The translations under genes and the position numbers were made by a program. Shown in pieces: positions 29,615 to 39,038 of a DNA stretch of 64,000 bases. The stretch is from an uncultured Clostridia bacterium (lineage in GTDB: Bacteria; Bacillota; Clostridia; TANB77; UBA1234), in the NCBI GenBank assembly GCA_934132775.1, contig CAKPAA010000007.1:21599-85598 (forward strand), in the 5' to 3' direction. How positions within the stretch are numbered: the stretch's first letter is position 1; each line of letters begins with the position of its first letter. The notes below the pieces were generated by a model. The model was given only the letters and a program-made list of their open reading frames with translations, had not been told where the DNA came from and made no database searches.

Positions 29615-32600
29615 CTATTGTTTTCTAATTAGCTTAATTACAGCCTTTTCGCCATTTATATCAAGCTCGGTTCCATCTTCTCCCCTTGTAATCAAATCAG
29701 CCAAAGTTTCATCTGCAATTTGAACTTTATTTTTATCTATTATTTCAGCTATTTTTTCACTGCCTGAATAATAAATTTCAATATGATTTTGCACTTCAAA
29801 TCCAGATTCTTTTCTTAAATTTTGTATCTTAGAAATCAATTCTCTTACATAGCCTTCTTCAATCAACTCAGGAGTTAATTCAATGTCTAATACTACGGTT
29901 ACATCATTTTCAGCACTTGATATATACTTTTCAGACTTCGTAGTTTCAATTAGTAAATCTTCTTCAACTAATTCAATCTTAGCATCACCAATCTCCAAAA
30001 CAACTTTTCCTGTTTCATTTAGTTCCCTAACAAAAGCTGTTCCGTCTCCGCCTCTTAGCATTTGATTTATTGTTGGTAATATAGAACCATACTTAGGTCC
30101 TACTGTTTTCAAGTTTGGTTTTACATTATAAGAAACAAATTCACTAACATCATCTTTAAATTCTATTTCTTTTACATTTAATTCTTCCTTTATGATGTAG
30201 TAATACTTTTCATCTAATTTTCCTTTCATACCAACATAAACTTTTGATAAAACCTGTCTATTTTTCATATTAGAAACATTTCTGCAAGCTCTTCCAAGTG
30301 TAACTATTTCAAGAACTTTTTCCATACTTTCTTCTAAGTCTTTGTCAATCATTTTTTCATCAGCTACTGGAAAATCGCACAAATGTATGCTTTCTGGTGC
30401 TGTTTGGTCAAAGTTTCTAACTAAATTTTGATATATTTCTTCTGTCATAAATGGAACAAATGGTGCACTAACTTTTGCAAGCGTAACAAGACAAGTGTAA
30501 AGTGTCATATAAGCATTTACTTTATCTTGCTCCATTCCACTTCCCCAAAATCTCTCTCTACATCTTCTAACATACCAGTTAGAAAGTTCATCAGTGAAGT
30601 CTTGTATTGCTCTTGCACTCTCTGTAATCTTATATTCTGTCATTCCACTATCAACATCTTTTATCAACGTGTTAAGCTTAGATAAAACCCATTTATCCAT
30701 TTGAGATAATTTATCGTATTCTAATTTGTGCTCCATTGGATTAAACTTATCAATGTCAGCATATAGAACGTAGAATGCGTATGTATTCCAGAACGTTCCT
30801 ATAAATTTTCTTTGATACTCACTAATTCCTTCTGGATAAAATCTTGTTGGAAGCCAAGGGCTACTACTTGCACAGAAATACCATCTAACTGCATCTGCGC
30901 CTTGCTTGTCTAAAACAGACCAAGGGTCAACAACATTACCTTTATGCTTACTCATCTTCAAACCATCTTTGTCTTGAACGTGACCTAAAACTAAACAATT
31001 TTCAAAAGGTGATTTATCAAATAAAAGCGTTGATATAGCCATAAGCGTGTAGAACCAGCCTCTTGTTTGATCTATTGCTTCACTTATAAACTGAGCTGGG
31101 AAATGTTTTTCAAACAATTCTTTATTTTCAAATGGATAATGATATTGTGCAAAAGGCATTGAACCAGAATCAAACCAGCAGTCAATAACGTATGGAACTC
31201 TTGTCATATCCTTTCCACACTTATCGCACTTTATCTTAATTCCATCAATATATGGCTTGTGAAGTTCAATATCATCTGGAACGTTATCGCCCAACTTTTT
31301 AAGTTCATCAATACTTCCAACAACGTGATAATTTCCACATTCACATTCCCAAACAGGAAGTGGAGTTCCCCAATATCTTGAACGTGAAAGACCCCAGTCA
31401 ATAACATTTTCAAGGAAATTGCCAAAACGACCATCCTTTATATTTTCAGGCATCCAATTAACAGTATTATTATTTGCGACTAGTCTGTCTCTAAGAGCTG
31501 ACATTTTTATAAACCAAGTGTCAATTGCGTAATACAAAAGTGGTGTATCACATCTCCAACAGAAAGGATATGAGTGTTCATAAGGAAGTGCAGCAAATAA
31601 CAAGCCTCTTTCCTCCAAGTCTTTAAGAACAAGCTTATCAGCATCTTTAACAAAAGTGCCAGCCCACTCACCAGTCTCAGCTGAGAACTTACCAGCTTCA
31701 TCAACGAGTTGTAAGAATGGCAAATCATTATCTTTTCCAACTCTTGAATCGTCTTCACCAAATGCAGGTGCAATATGAACAACACCAGTACCATCAGTTA
31801 AAGTAACATAGCTATCGGCAACCACATAATATGCTCTTTTATCTATTTTAGCAAAACTATATAATGGTTCATACTCAGTTCCATACAAATCATCACCAAT
31901 ATAATTTCTAATAACTTTGTATTCATCTTTTATAACAGATGGAACAAGTGCTTCGGCCAAAATATACCTTTCGCCATTTGAAACTTCAATTTCAACATAC
32001 TTATCCTTAGGGCTTACGCAAAGAGCAACGTTTGATGGCAAAGTCCAAGGTGTTGTTGTCCAAGCCAAAATATATGTATTTTCTTTGTTCTTTACTTTGA
32101 ATTTCGCAATACAAGAAGTTTCCTTAACATCTTTATATCCTTGTGCAACTTCGTGAGATGAAAGAGATGTTCCACATCTAGGGCAATAAGGAACTATCTT
32201 ATGTCCTTTATATAACAAGCCTTTATCGTTTATAGTTTTCAAAGCCCACCATTCAGATTCAATATAGTCATTATGATATGTTACATATGGGTTCTCCATA
32301 TCTGCCCAGAAGCCAACTCTCTCGCTCATAAGCTCCCATTCGTGTTTATATTTCCAAACACTTTCTTTACATTGCTTAATGAATGGTTCAACACCATACT
32401 TTTCAATTTGAGGCTTGCCGTTAATTCCAAGCATTTTTTCAACTTCAAGCTCAACAGGAAGACCGTGAGTATCCCAGCCAGCTTTTCTAGGTACTTCATA
32501 ACCTTTCATAGTCCAAAATCTAGGAACAACATCTTTAAAAACTCTCGTTTCAATATGCCCTATATGAGGCTTACCATTAGCTGTTGGAGGACCATCATAA

Positions 32601-32752
32601 AACATAAACGTTGGATATCCTTCTCTATTTTTTATGCTCTTTTTGAATATTTCATTTTTGTTCCAGAAGTCAATAACTTCTTTTTCTCTTTCAACAAAAT
32701 TCAAATCTGTTGAAACCTTTTTGTACATTGATTTTTCGCAATCTTCGCACAT
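29615..32752 (-). CDS. ileS: Isoleucyl-tRNA synthetase (long, type-2-like form, 1045 aa)
   Basis: HIGH motif (PHIGHIETR), KMSKS motif (KMSKHKGN) and class I editing/CP1 architecture. Confidence 0.95.
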   Translation of the reverse strand: MCEDCEKSMYKKVSTDLNFVEREKEVIDFWNKNEIFKKSIKNREGYPTFMFYDGPPTANGKPHIGHIETRVFKDVVPRFWTMKGYEVPRKAGWDTHGLPVELEVEKMLGINGKPQIEKYGVEPFIKQCKESVWKYKHEWELMSERVGFWADMENPYVTYHNDYIESEWWALKTINDKGLLYKGHKIVPYCPRCGTSLSSHEVAQGYKDVKETSCIAKFKVKNKENTYILAWTTTPWTLPSNVALCVSPKDKYVEIEVSNGERYILAEALVPSVIKDEYKVIRNYIGDDLYGTEYEPLYSFAKIDKRAYYVVADSYVTLTDGTGVVHIAPAFGEDDSRVGKDNDLPFLQLVDEAGKFSAETGEWAGTFVKDADKLVLKDLEERGLLFAALPYEHSYPFCWRCDTPLLYYAIDTWFIKMSALRDRLVANNNTVNWMPENIKDGRFGNFLENVIDWGLSRSRYWGTPLPVWECECGNYHVVGSIDELKKLGDNVPDDIELHKPYIDGIKIKCDKCGKDMTRVPYVIDCWFDSGSMPFAQYHYPFENKELFEKHFPAQFISEAIDQTRGWFYTLMAISTLLFDKSPFENCLVLGHVQDKDGLKMSKHKGNVVDPWSVLDKQGADAVRWYFCASSSPWLPTRFYPEGISEYQRKFIGTFWNTYAFYVLYADIDKFNPMEHKLEYDKLSQMDKWVLSKLNTLIKDVDSGMTEYKITESARAIQDFTDELSNWYVRRCRERFWGSGMEQDKVNAYMTLYTCLVTLAKVSAPFVPFMTEEIYQNLVRNFDQTAPESIHLCDFPVADEKMIDKDLEESMEKVLEIVTLGRACRNVSNMKNRQVLSKVYVGMKGKLDEKYYYIIKEELNVKEIEFKDDVSEFVSYNVKPNLKTVGPKYGSILPTINQMLRGGDGTAFVRELNETGKVVLEIGDAKIELVEEDLLIETTKSEKYISSAENDVTVVLDIELTPELIEEGYVRELISKIQNLRKESGFEVQNHIEIYYSGSEKIAEIIDKNKVQIADETLADLITRGEDGTELDINGEKAVIKLIRKQ

Positions 32753-33177
32753 TTTAAAATTCCTCCCTTTATATAAATTTTATTAAAATATAAGCTTTCA
32801 AAAATGGCACACAATAGTAAGAAACTATCTTTACCATTTAAAGCAAATTTTCAAATAGCTTGCTTAAATCAAAGATTTTATACAATAGGAATGCAACAAA
32901 CTTTACAACTTGTTATACTTTCCTATTGTATAAAAAAAGCGCTCTATCCCAACTATCTAGGATAAAGCGTTAATATACTTTATTTATACCACCTACATAC
33001 AATCATATGAGTTCTCTATAACGTGAGAAAACCGTTGACATTTACTACAAGTTCAACATCAAAGCTCCCAGGTGATTTTCAGCATTTCATCCGTTACGAA
33101 ACTTTCAGCACTTGTCTCGCTCTCTAAAACTTCATAAAATACATACTGTCCTTTTCAAAGCTATTATCAAATCTTAC
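32753..33177 (-). promoter_or_regulatory. ileS 5' leader with an intrinsic-terminator attenuator; T-box-like but lacking a canonical T-box sequence
   Basis: Extended -10 TGATATAAT promoter near 33185..33193. Stem-I-like AGAGAGCGAGACAAGTGCTGAAAG, a partial AGGTGGTA element, then the terminator at 32934..32972, all upstream of the ileS RBS. Confidence 0.4.
32934..32972 (-). terminator. Leader terminator (attenuator) of ileS
   Basis: 11-bp stem gcgctttatcc/ggatagagcgc with one G-U pair, followed by U7 on the minus strand. Confidence 0.55.
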
Positions 33178-33220
33178 GGCTATTATTATATCACGTGAAA
33201 ACAAAAAGTAAAGAAATTTT

Positions 33221-33799
33221 TTAATTACCTTGTTTAGCTATATACATCTTGTTTCTTTGCACCCCAAAGCTTTCTTTCATCAAATTCATTACAGCTCTGT
33301 TATCTAAGCTTGAAATTGTAAATTTCGTTTTCTTTCCATTATTTTCTGAAACAACCAATTTTACAGTATATGCGTGATTTTTCATAAATTTTCTTGTATA
33401 ACTATAAATATACATTCCGTTGATTTTAGCTGCATCTATTTCTTTTGTTCTGGCTAAAAATCTTGTTAACACCAACTTTCCGTCTCTTAAAGCAACCCTT
33501 CTCGTTATTTCCATCAAATAACTGCAAAGTATTATTACCGTAGCTATGAAAGTCAACATTCCACCAGAATGACTTATTGCATCTAGCCCCCAATACATAC
33601 CTAACAGTATTCCTGTAAATATCGATACTGTAACAACATATTTAGGTTCTGCTGCTATTTCCTTGTTCTTTGAAAGATTATATTCTTCAACATTTGTAAA
33701 ATAATTTATATCTTTTGGCTCTTTATATAGCTTTTCACCTAAAAAGTAATTTAATATTGTGGTTATTATAATTACGAACGTTACTATATACATTACCAT
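33221..33799 (-). CDS. Membrane hypothetical protein with two N-terminal transmembrane helices and a C-terminal soluble domain
   Basis: ORF with the RBS GAGGAGG. No family assignable. Confidence 0.5.
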   Translation of the reverse strand: MVMYIVTFVIIITTILNYFLGEKLYKEPKDINYFTNVEEYNLSKNKEIAAEPKYVVTVSIFTGILLGMYWGLDAISHSGGMLTFIATVIILCSYLMEITRRVALRDGKLVLTRFLARTKEIDAAKINGMYIYSYTRKFMKNHAYTVKLVVSENNGKKTKFTISSLDNRAVMNLMKESFGVQRNKMYIAKQGN

Positions 33800-33936
33800 T
33801 TTTCTTCCTCCTCACACAAATATGCTTCACATCCCAAATTGCATTAAATTTCTGGGTGAAATATTATTGAAACACGTTCTTATCGTGTGTCTCAATCTTT
33901 TCCCCCATCACTCTTAAAACTAAATTCGCATCAATT

Positions 33937-35178
33937 TTATTTTTTATTATGATAATTTATATAATCTCTTCTCGCTGTATCTGGCGAATCAGCCCCCTCA
34001 GCATTTTTCACTGGTGAAAAATCTTCTTCTCTAACTCCACGTATCAAACCAATTTCAGGCATTTTCGCAAATGCATCAAATAAAAACGTTTCAAATTTAT
34101 ATGCATTAGGCTTTTCAGGTTTAACCATTTCTCCATTTTCATTCATATAATCGCTCTTTTTATGAGCAGTGTGATATGGTAATTTATACTTTTCAATCTC
34201 CTCTAATGCTGAAATATTAAATAAATTTAATAGTACGTGTGATTCACCGAACAATAACTCGCCATTTTCATCTCTTGCATTCGCATATTCTTCAGATATT
34301 TCAGTGTACTCAATTACATATGGCTTTCCGTTTTTCTTGCAGAAAACTCCAACACGCTCATCTGGTCCTTTTTTTGCAATCGTCTTAGAAACTATTTTAT
34401 AACCATTCTTTATAGCAAAACCTATTAAAAGTGGATCTGCCATTTTTACCAAAACATTGTCTACTGCGGCTATAAACACCCACTCAACGCCTCGTTTTTT
34501 CATATCTGTCAAAACTCCGTTAGTAGCCATAGCCTCAAAAACACCGCCATGACCGTCCGCTGCCTCCTTAACAAAACCATTTTCATCTAATATAAGCTTG
34601 CCATTTTCATCTATCATAGGAAGTTCACCTTGTGTAAAAAAGTGATCTATTTCAGCCTTTGGATATCCAAAATAATTATGCTCCTCAAAGAAATTTTTTG
34701 TATCATCATTGTTGGCATTGCTAGTCATTATATACCAAGGAATCGTCACAGCATACTTTTCATTTGCTAATTTCAAAATATCATTTTGAATTTCAAATAT
34801 ACTTTTATGAGATGGAAGCCCAATATCGAATGTGCCCTTAGGTCCATTATGTCCAAGTCTAGTGCCTTGCCCACCTGCCATTGTAACAACAGCAAGTTTG
34901 CCACTTTCAATTGCTTTCTCTCCAAGCTTAATATATTCATCTCTCTCACTTTCAGATAATTTTAATGAATCAACATAAGGAGCAGGCTCTATCTTGTCAT
35001 TGTGAATTTCAGGCTTTTTATCTGCATTTTTATATAAATCCAATATCTTTTCAAAATCAATTCTTGAAATTTGATCTAACAACTTATCTTTATCACTCTC
35101 ATTCATTCTTTCATATGACTTCAAAATATGCTCTTGACCGTACTTTTCAAGCTTTGCTTTCGCTTCTTCAAATTTCAT
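33937..35178 (-). CDS. UDP-sugar pyrophosphorylase (UDPGP family, UDP-N-acetylglucosamine/UTP-hexose-1-phosphate uridylyltransferase-like)
   Basis: MAGGQGTRLG nucleotide-binding motif and eukaryotic-type UDPGP architecture. Confidence 0.75.
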   Translation of the reverse strand: MKFEEAKAKLEKYGQEHILKSYERMNESDKDKLLDQISRIDFEKILDLYKNADKKPEIHNDKIEPAPYVDSLKLSESERDEYIKLGEKAIESGKLAVVTMAGGQGTRLGHNGPKGTFDIGLPSHKSIFEIQNDILKLANEKYAVTIPWYIMTSNANNDDTKNFFEEHNYFGYPKAEIDHFFTQGELPMIDENGKLILDENGFVKEAADGHGGVFEAMATNGVLTDMKKRGVEWVFIAAVDNVLVKMADPLLIGFAIKNGYKIVSKTIAKKGPDERVGVFCKKNGKPYVIEYTEISEEYANARDENGELLFGESHVLLNLFNISALEEIEKYKLPYHTAHKKSDYMNENGEMVKPEKPNAYKFETFLFDAFAKMPEIGLIRGVREEDFSPVKNAEGADSPDTARRDYINYHNKK

Positions 35179-35427
35179 AAAATCACCCTTTCTGCAAATA
35201 TTATATACTATTGTTTAAAAAAAAACAGCTTTTTATGTGAAAAAATTACCAGAATAAAAAAATCTTAGTTTGTACAACATAAAATTGAAACAATTAACAC
35301 AATTGTGCCTATGGGAACGCATACTCATTAATCATAAATAATGTGGCAGCATATGTCCCCATAGGTACAAAAAGCACTTAGAAGTGTCACAACATTAAAA
35401 CAAATCGCTTTGAAAGGAAGTGAGTAT

Positions 35428-35634
35428 ATGAAAGCTTTTTATGCAACAGTTTTAACAATCTTAATAATTGGAGGACTAAACTGGGGACTTGTTGGTTTAT
35501 TTAACTATAACCTAGTAGATGCAATATTTGGAGCAAACAACTGGTTCACTAGACTTGTATATATATTAGTTGGCGTATCTGCAATTTTCTCTTTTGCATT
35601 CTACGGTTATGAAAGTGAAAAAGAAAGAAACTAA
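35428..35634 (+). CDS. DUF378-family small membrane protein
   Basis: GGLNWGLVG signature. Start taken at the ATG 6 nt after AAGGAAG; the track's TTG at 35410 is the alternative. Confidence 0.65.
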   Translation: MKAFYATVLTILIIGGLNWGLVGLFNYNLVDAIFGANNWFTRLVYILVGVSAIFSFAFYGYESEKERN

Positions 35635-35755
35635 ATAAAATAACAAAATCATTAAATGTAAAATAGTTTTTCAGCATTTCATAAACTTCACACTTCAAAC
35701 ATATTGAAAAATAAGCACTTGTAATATATAATATGGCAACAGAGGTGTAAAAAAT

Positions 35756-36637
35756 ATGCTTGAAAAATGTAATTTGTGTGCATTTAACTGCAACGTAGAT
35801 AGAAATAAAAAATTAGGAGCTTGCAAATGTGGCATTCAGCCAAAACTTGCACTAGCTTCTATACATATGTGGGAAGAACCTTGTATAAGTGGAACAAATG
35901 GCTCTGGAACAGTATTTTTCAGTGGATGTAATTTTAGATGCGTATTCTGCCAAAATTACGACATATCGCAAAACGAATTTGGAAAAGAAATAACCACAAA
36001 TAGATTAGCCGAAATTTTTTTAGAACTACAAGCCAAAAACGTGCATAACATAAATTTAGTTTCACCAACACCATACGTTTATCAAATTATAGACGCAGTA
36101 AAAATTGCAAAAGAAAATAGACTAAAAATACCAATTGTGTACAACACAAACACATACGAAAATATTGAAACAATAAAACTTTTAAAAGGTACAGTTGATA
36201 TATACTTGCCAGACCTAAAATATTACAACAACGAAACAGCACTAAAATTTTCGAAAATTCCAAACTACTTCAGCGTTGCCACAAATGCAATTTTGGAAAT
36301 GGTAAAACAAGTTGGCACACCAACATTTGACGAAAATGGAATTATGCAAAAAGGTGTAATAATTAGGCACCTAACTTTGCCAAATCATCTTACAGAAACA
36401 AAATATGTACTAAACTGGATAAAAGAAAACTTAGGCGATAAAGTATATGTAAGTGTTATGGCACAATACTTTCCAACATACAAAGCAAAGAACTTTGAAG
36501 ATATAAATAGAAAACTAAACAAACGTGAATATACTTACCTTTTAAAAATGGTATCCGATATAAAAAATGGCTACATTCAAGAACTGGGCACACACGAAGA
36601 AGAATACGTACCAAAATTTGATTTGCAAGGAATTTGA
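35756..36637 (+). CDS. Radical SAM protein (PflX-like pyruvate formate-lyase activating enzyme homolog)
   Basis: CNFRCVFC (Cx3Cx2C) motif plus an N-terminal Cys-rich segment. Preceded by a TTGAAA-17-TATAAT promoter and the RBS AGAGGTG. Confidence 0.8.
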   Translation: MLEKCNLCAFNCNVDRNKKLGACKCGIQPKLALASIHMWEEPCISGTNGSGTVFFSGCNFRCVFCQNYDISQNEFGKEITTNRLAEIFLELQAKNVHNINLVSPTPYVYQIIDAVKIAKENRLKIPIVYNTNTYENIETIKLLKGTVDIYLPDLKYYNNETALKFSKIPNYFSVATNAILEMVKQVGTPTFDENGIMQKGVIIRHLTLPNHLTETKYVLNWIKENLGDKVYVSVMAQYFPTYKAKNFEDINRKLNKREYTYLLKMVSDIKNGYIQELGTHEEEYVPKFDLQGI

Positions 36638-36763
36638 AAATAATATAACTTTTCTTTATACATATAGTTTTTATGTTGAAATAATTTCTTTATAAATCTT
36701 ATTTTAATTTTCAGCAATTTAAAATAATCAGTAGCTGTAAAAAATACTTTCTCCAAAATATAT

Positions 36764-36810
36764 AACCCACACAAACCTTAACTTAATTTAGCTTGTGTGG
36801 GTTTATTTTT
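36764..36810. terminator. Bidirectional rho-independent terminator between convergent genes
   Basis: Perfect 11-bp stem aacccacacaa/ttgtgtgggtt flanked by T-tracts on both strands. Confidence 0.55.
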
Positions 36811-36909
36811 GAAAAATAAATTACAATAAAATATTTAATCTTTCAAGTTATTTTTTATCTTTTAGCATTATATTAAAAATTTTTACACTAATTTTGATAA
36901 TATATCAAT

Positions 36910-38433
36910 TTATTTAATATTCCAAGCAGTTGATGCAGATGAACCATCAGTTGAAGAATTTGAAATATCTAATAAATTAGCTGATATAGAGATTACAGGA
37001 CGAAGACCATACGAAGGCGCGCCCACGTAGCCAGTCGAAATGACTGAGTAGTAGCCGTAGACATAGGTAGTATAAGCCGTGCGTAAGCCATAGTAGGCAA
37101 AGGCACCCTCAGAGGCCAAGCCGACATACGGCGAAGCGAGCCAGCCTCTATTGTCTACATCTCCTTTTAGTATATCGCCAATCTTCGCATTGGCACTACT
37201 CGGATTATAACCATAATATGTCCTTGTTATTAAAACTGGTTCATCTTTTGACTTTAATTCAATATAATCAGTTTCACTTGTTGATTTATGTGTTACTCCA
37301 TTCTTGTCATCCCAGTTATAGAATCTTGGGTACTCTACTCCACTTGCTAAACTTGCAGTGTGCTTTTTAGCTGTGTATGTGTGTCCTCCTGCTACTACAT
37401 CTTTCAAATCACTATCCGCCGTATCAGCTGGATACCAAGCCCATCTTGTTAGATTTGTTGATGGAATATAATCACAAGCCTTATTCAAATCTTCTATTGT
37501 CATACTTCTTGCTGTTATTCCCTTATCTGCATTTGAATATAACTTCTCACATAATCTATGCAATTCGTTTGCACCATATAAATATCCTGCTGCACCCTTA
37601 ATAGTTACTTTGTTTACGTACCCATCTGTTGTTAGCATAACTTTTCCTGTTTCATTATCGATACTCAAAATTCTCCACTTTGCTGTTGCATCTGTTGAAA
37701 GAGTTTCTTTTGTGTAACCGGTTTTTCTTGGATCTGTTTCAACATTCTGCACCGCTGTTGGTACGTAGTTCACATAGTCTCCTACTTTTATTTTACTTGT
37801 TATTTCTTCAAACTCTTTCTTAGACAAGCCATCGTCCAAAAGTTCTCTATTTTCAAGGTTACTACTCTCATTTATTTGCAACTTAAAAGTTGTACCTGCA
37901 ACTGTTATATCAACATCTCCTGAACTAGAAACAAGTGAACTATCTACAAATTCCTTGTCTCTTATGTTATATGCATTCTCGCTTGGAAATGGTGGCCAAA
38001 TAAACACCTTACCATTTTTAGTTACAGCATATTTAACATCAACATTAGTCTCACTTGGAGTATTCACTCTCATTACTGGTAACTTAATTCCAATATCTGC
38101 ACTCTTATCAATTATTGTATAATCAGGTGTCCTGCTTTCTACCACAAAATCACTATCAGTCCTACCACCCTTAGCTACATAATTAAACACTTGTCCATCA
38201 GTAATCTGAGAACCCTTCGCAAGCATTGCACCTTTAACCTCTATCATCTTCTCATTTATAGCCTGTTCAACTTCACTAATATTAGACACAAACTTAGAAT
38301 AATTCGCCTTTCCAATAGTGCCCGTTGAACTATTAAAAGCAATAGCTGCTAAAATAATTACTACTATAATCGTAATAACCAATGCAATAAGAGAAATACC
38401 TCTCTCACTATTTCTTAATTCAAAACATTTCAT
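36910..38433 (-). CDS. Pilin-like protein with a large C-terminal C-type-lectin/FGE-like domain carrying a hypervariable-region-like patch (507 aa)
   Basis: N-terminus ERG|ISLIALVITIIVVIILAAIAF is paralogous to the 19536..20159 product. C-terminus NRGW...YYGLR...YGLRPV resembles the RGGSW...GFRxV framing of diversity-generating-retroelement target domains. Confidence 0.6.
   Translation of the reverse strand: MKCFELRNSERGISLIALVITIIVVIILAAIAFNSSTGTIGKANYSKFVSNISEVEQAINEKMIEVKGAMLAKGSQITDGQVFNYVAKGGRTDSDFVVESRTPDYTIIDKSADIGIKLPVMRVNTPSETNVDVKYAVTKNGKVFIWPPFPSENAYNIRDKEFVDSSLVSSSGDVDITVAGTTFKLQINESSNLENRELLDDGLSKKEFEEITSKIKVGDYVNYVPTAVQNVETDPRKTGYTKETLSTDATAKWRILSIDNETGKVMLTTDGYVNKVTIKGAAGYLYGANELHRLCEKLYSNADKGITARSMTIEDLNKACDYIPSTNLTRWAWYPADTADSDLKDVVAGGHTYTAKKHTASLASGVEYPRFYNWDDKNGVTHKSTSETDYIELKSKDEPVLITRTYYGYNPSSANAKIGDILKGDVDNRGWLASPYVGLASEGAFAYYGLRTAYTTYVYGYYSVISTGYVGAPSYGLRPVISISANLLDISNSSTDGSSASTAWNIK
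36995..37200 (-). other. GC-rich, adenine-depleted, NNC-codon-biased patch resembling a diversity-generating-retroelement variable region
   Basis: Roughly 200 nt with host-atypical codons (GGC, GCC, TAC, GTC, CGC, TCG, CCG), including the GC-only run GTGGGCGCGCC, embedded in an otherwise AT-rich gene. Confidence 0.4.
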
Positions 38434-38932
38434 ACGTAAATCAACCTCATTTCTTCATTTTATTTTTTATACTCTCAACACTATCTCAAACAAAACTCAC
38501 TTAAATCCAGCCACTATGTTCAAAGGAGTAAAAGTACATAGAATAAATTTTTTCGGCTCGGTATGGGTAGGTAGGAGAAAAAATTTTTCTATTACTTTTA
38601 CGACGCTACTATGCCAAAACAAACTTAAATTGGTGCTTTTATAAATCATAGTAACTAATCAGAACAAACTTAAAATAACTCTTTCATAAATTGTAGCATC
38701 TTCTCAAAGCAAAGCATATTTTTCACACGCCAAAAAGACTAACCAAAACTTAGCCATCTCATTCAAGTTTCACACAAAACTCAAATAAATAGCAAAATTT
38801 CAGTTAGTCTCCTAACTATCCTCAACATAATTTATAAAATCCAAAGCAAAATAGCAAACACTTGCAACACTTACTGCACAAACATCAGCCACACCGAAAG
38901 CACTCTCATAAGAAACTGCTTTCGCATTTCTT

Positions 38933-38998
38933 TTATTTAAAAATTGGCTTGTGTGTGTGTGTGTGTACAGCCCCAACGGTTTCAAGTACCTTGTTCAT
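38933..38998 (-). CDS. Small ORF with RBS GGAGG containing an (AC)8 tract on the coding strand; 21 codons now, 62 codons if the tract had 9 units
   Basis: ATG 6 nt after AGGAGG, 40 nt downstream of the HD-GYP gene. Current product is MNKVLETVGAVHTHTHKPIFK. Confidence 0.25.
   Translation of the reverse strand: MNKVLETVGAVHTHTHKPIFK
38951..38966. repeat. (GT)8 dinucleotide microsatellite
   Basis: gtgtgtgtgtgtgtgt read directly. Confidence 0.95.
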
Positions 38999-39038
38999 TT
39001 TTCTCCTCCTGTTTCTAAAATTTAATTACTAAAAACAT

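Noticed and set aside
38318-38644. Plus-strand 108-aa ORF overlapping the pilin-like gene start and its upstream region
   Set aside because: No RBS, and it overlaps the better-supported minus-strand gene start.
38434-39038. Possible c-di-GMP riboswitch upstream of the pilin-like gene, as recalled for Clostridial pilin genes
   Set aside because: I could not find the conserved GEMM-I or c-di-GMP-II cores by eye. It is left as something for an Rfam scan to test.
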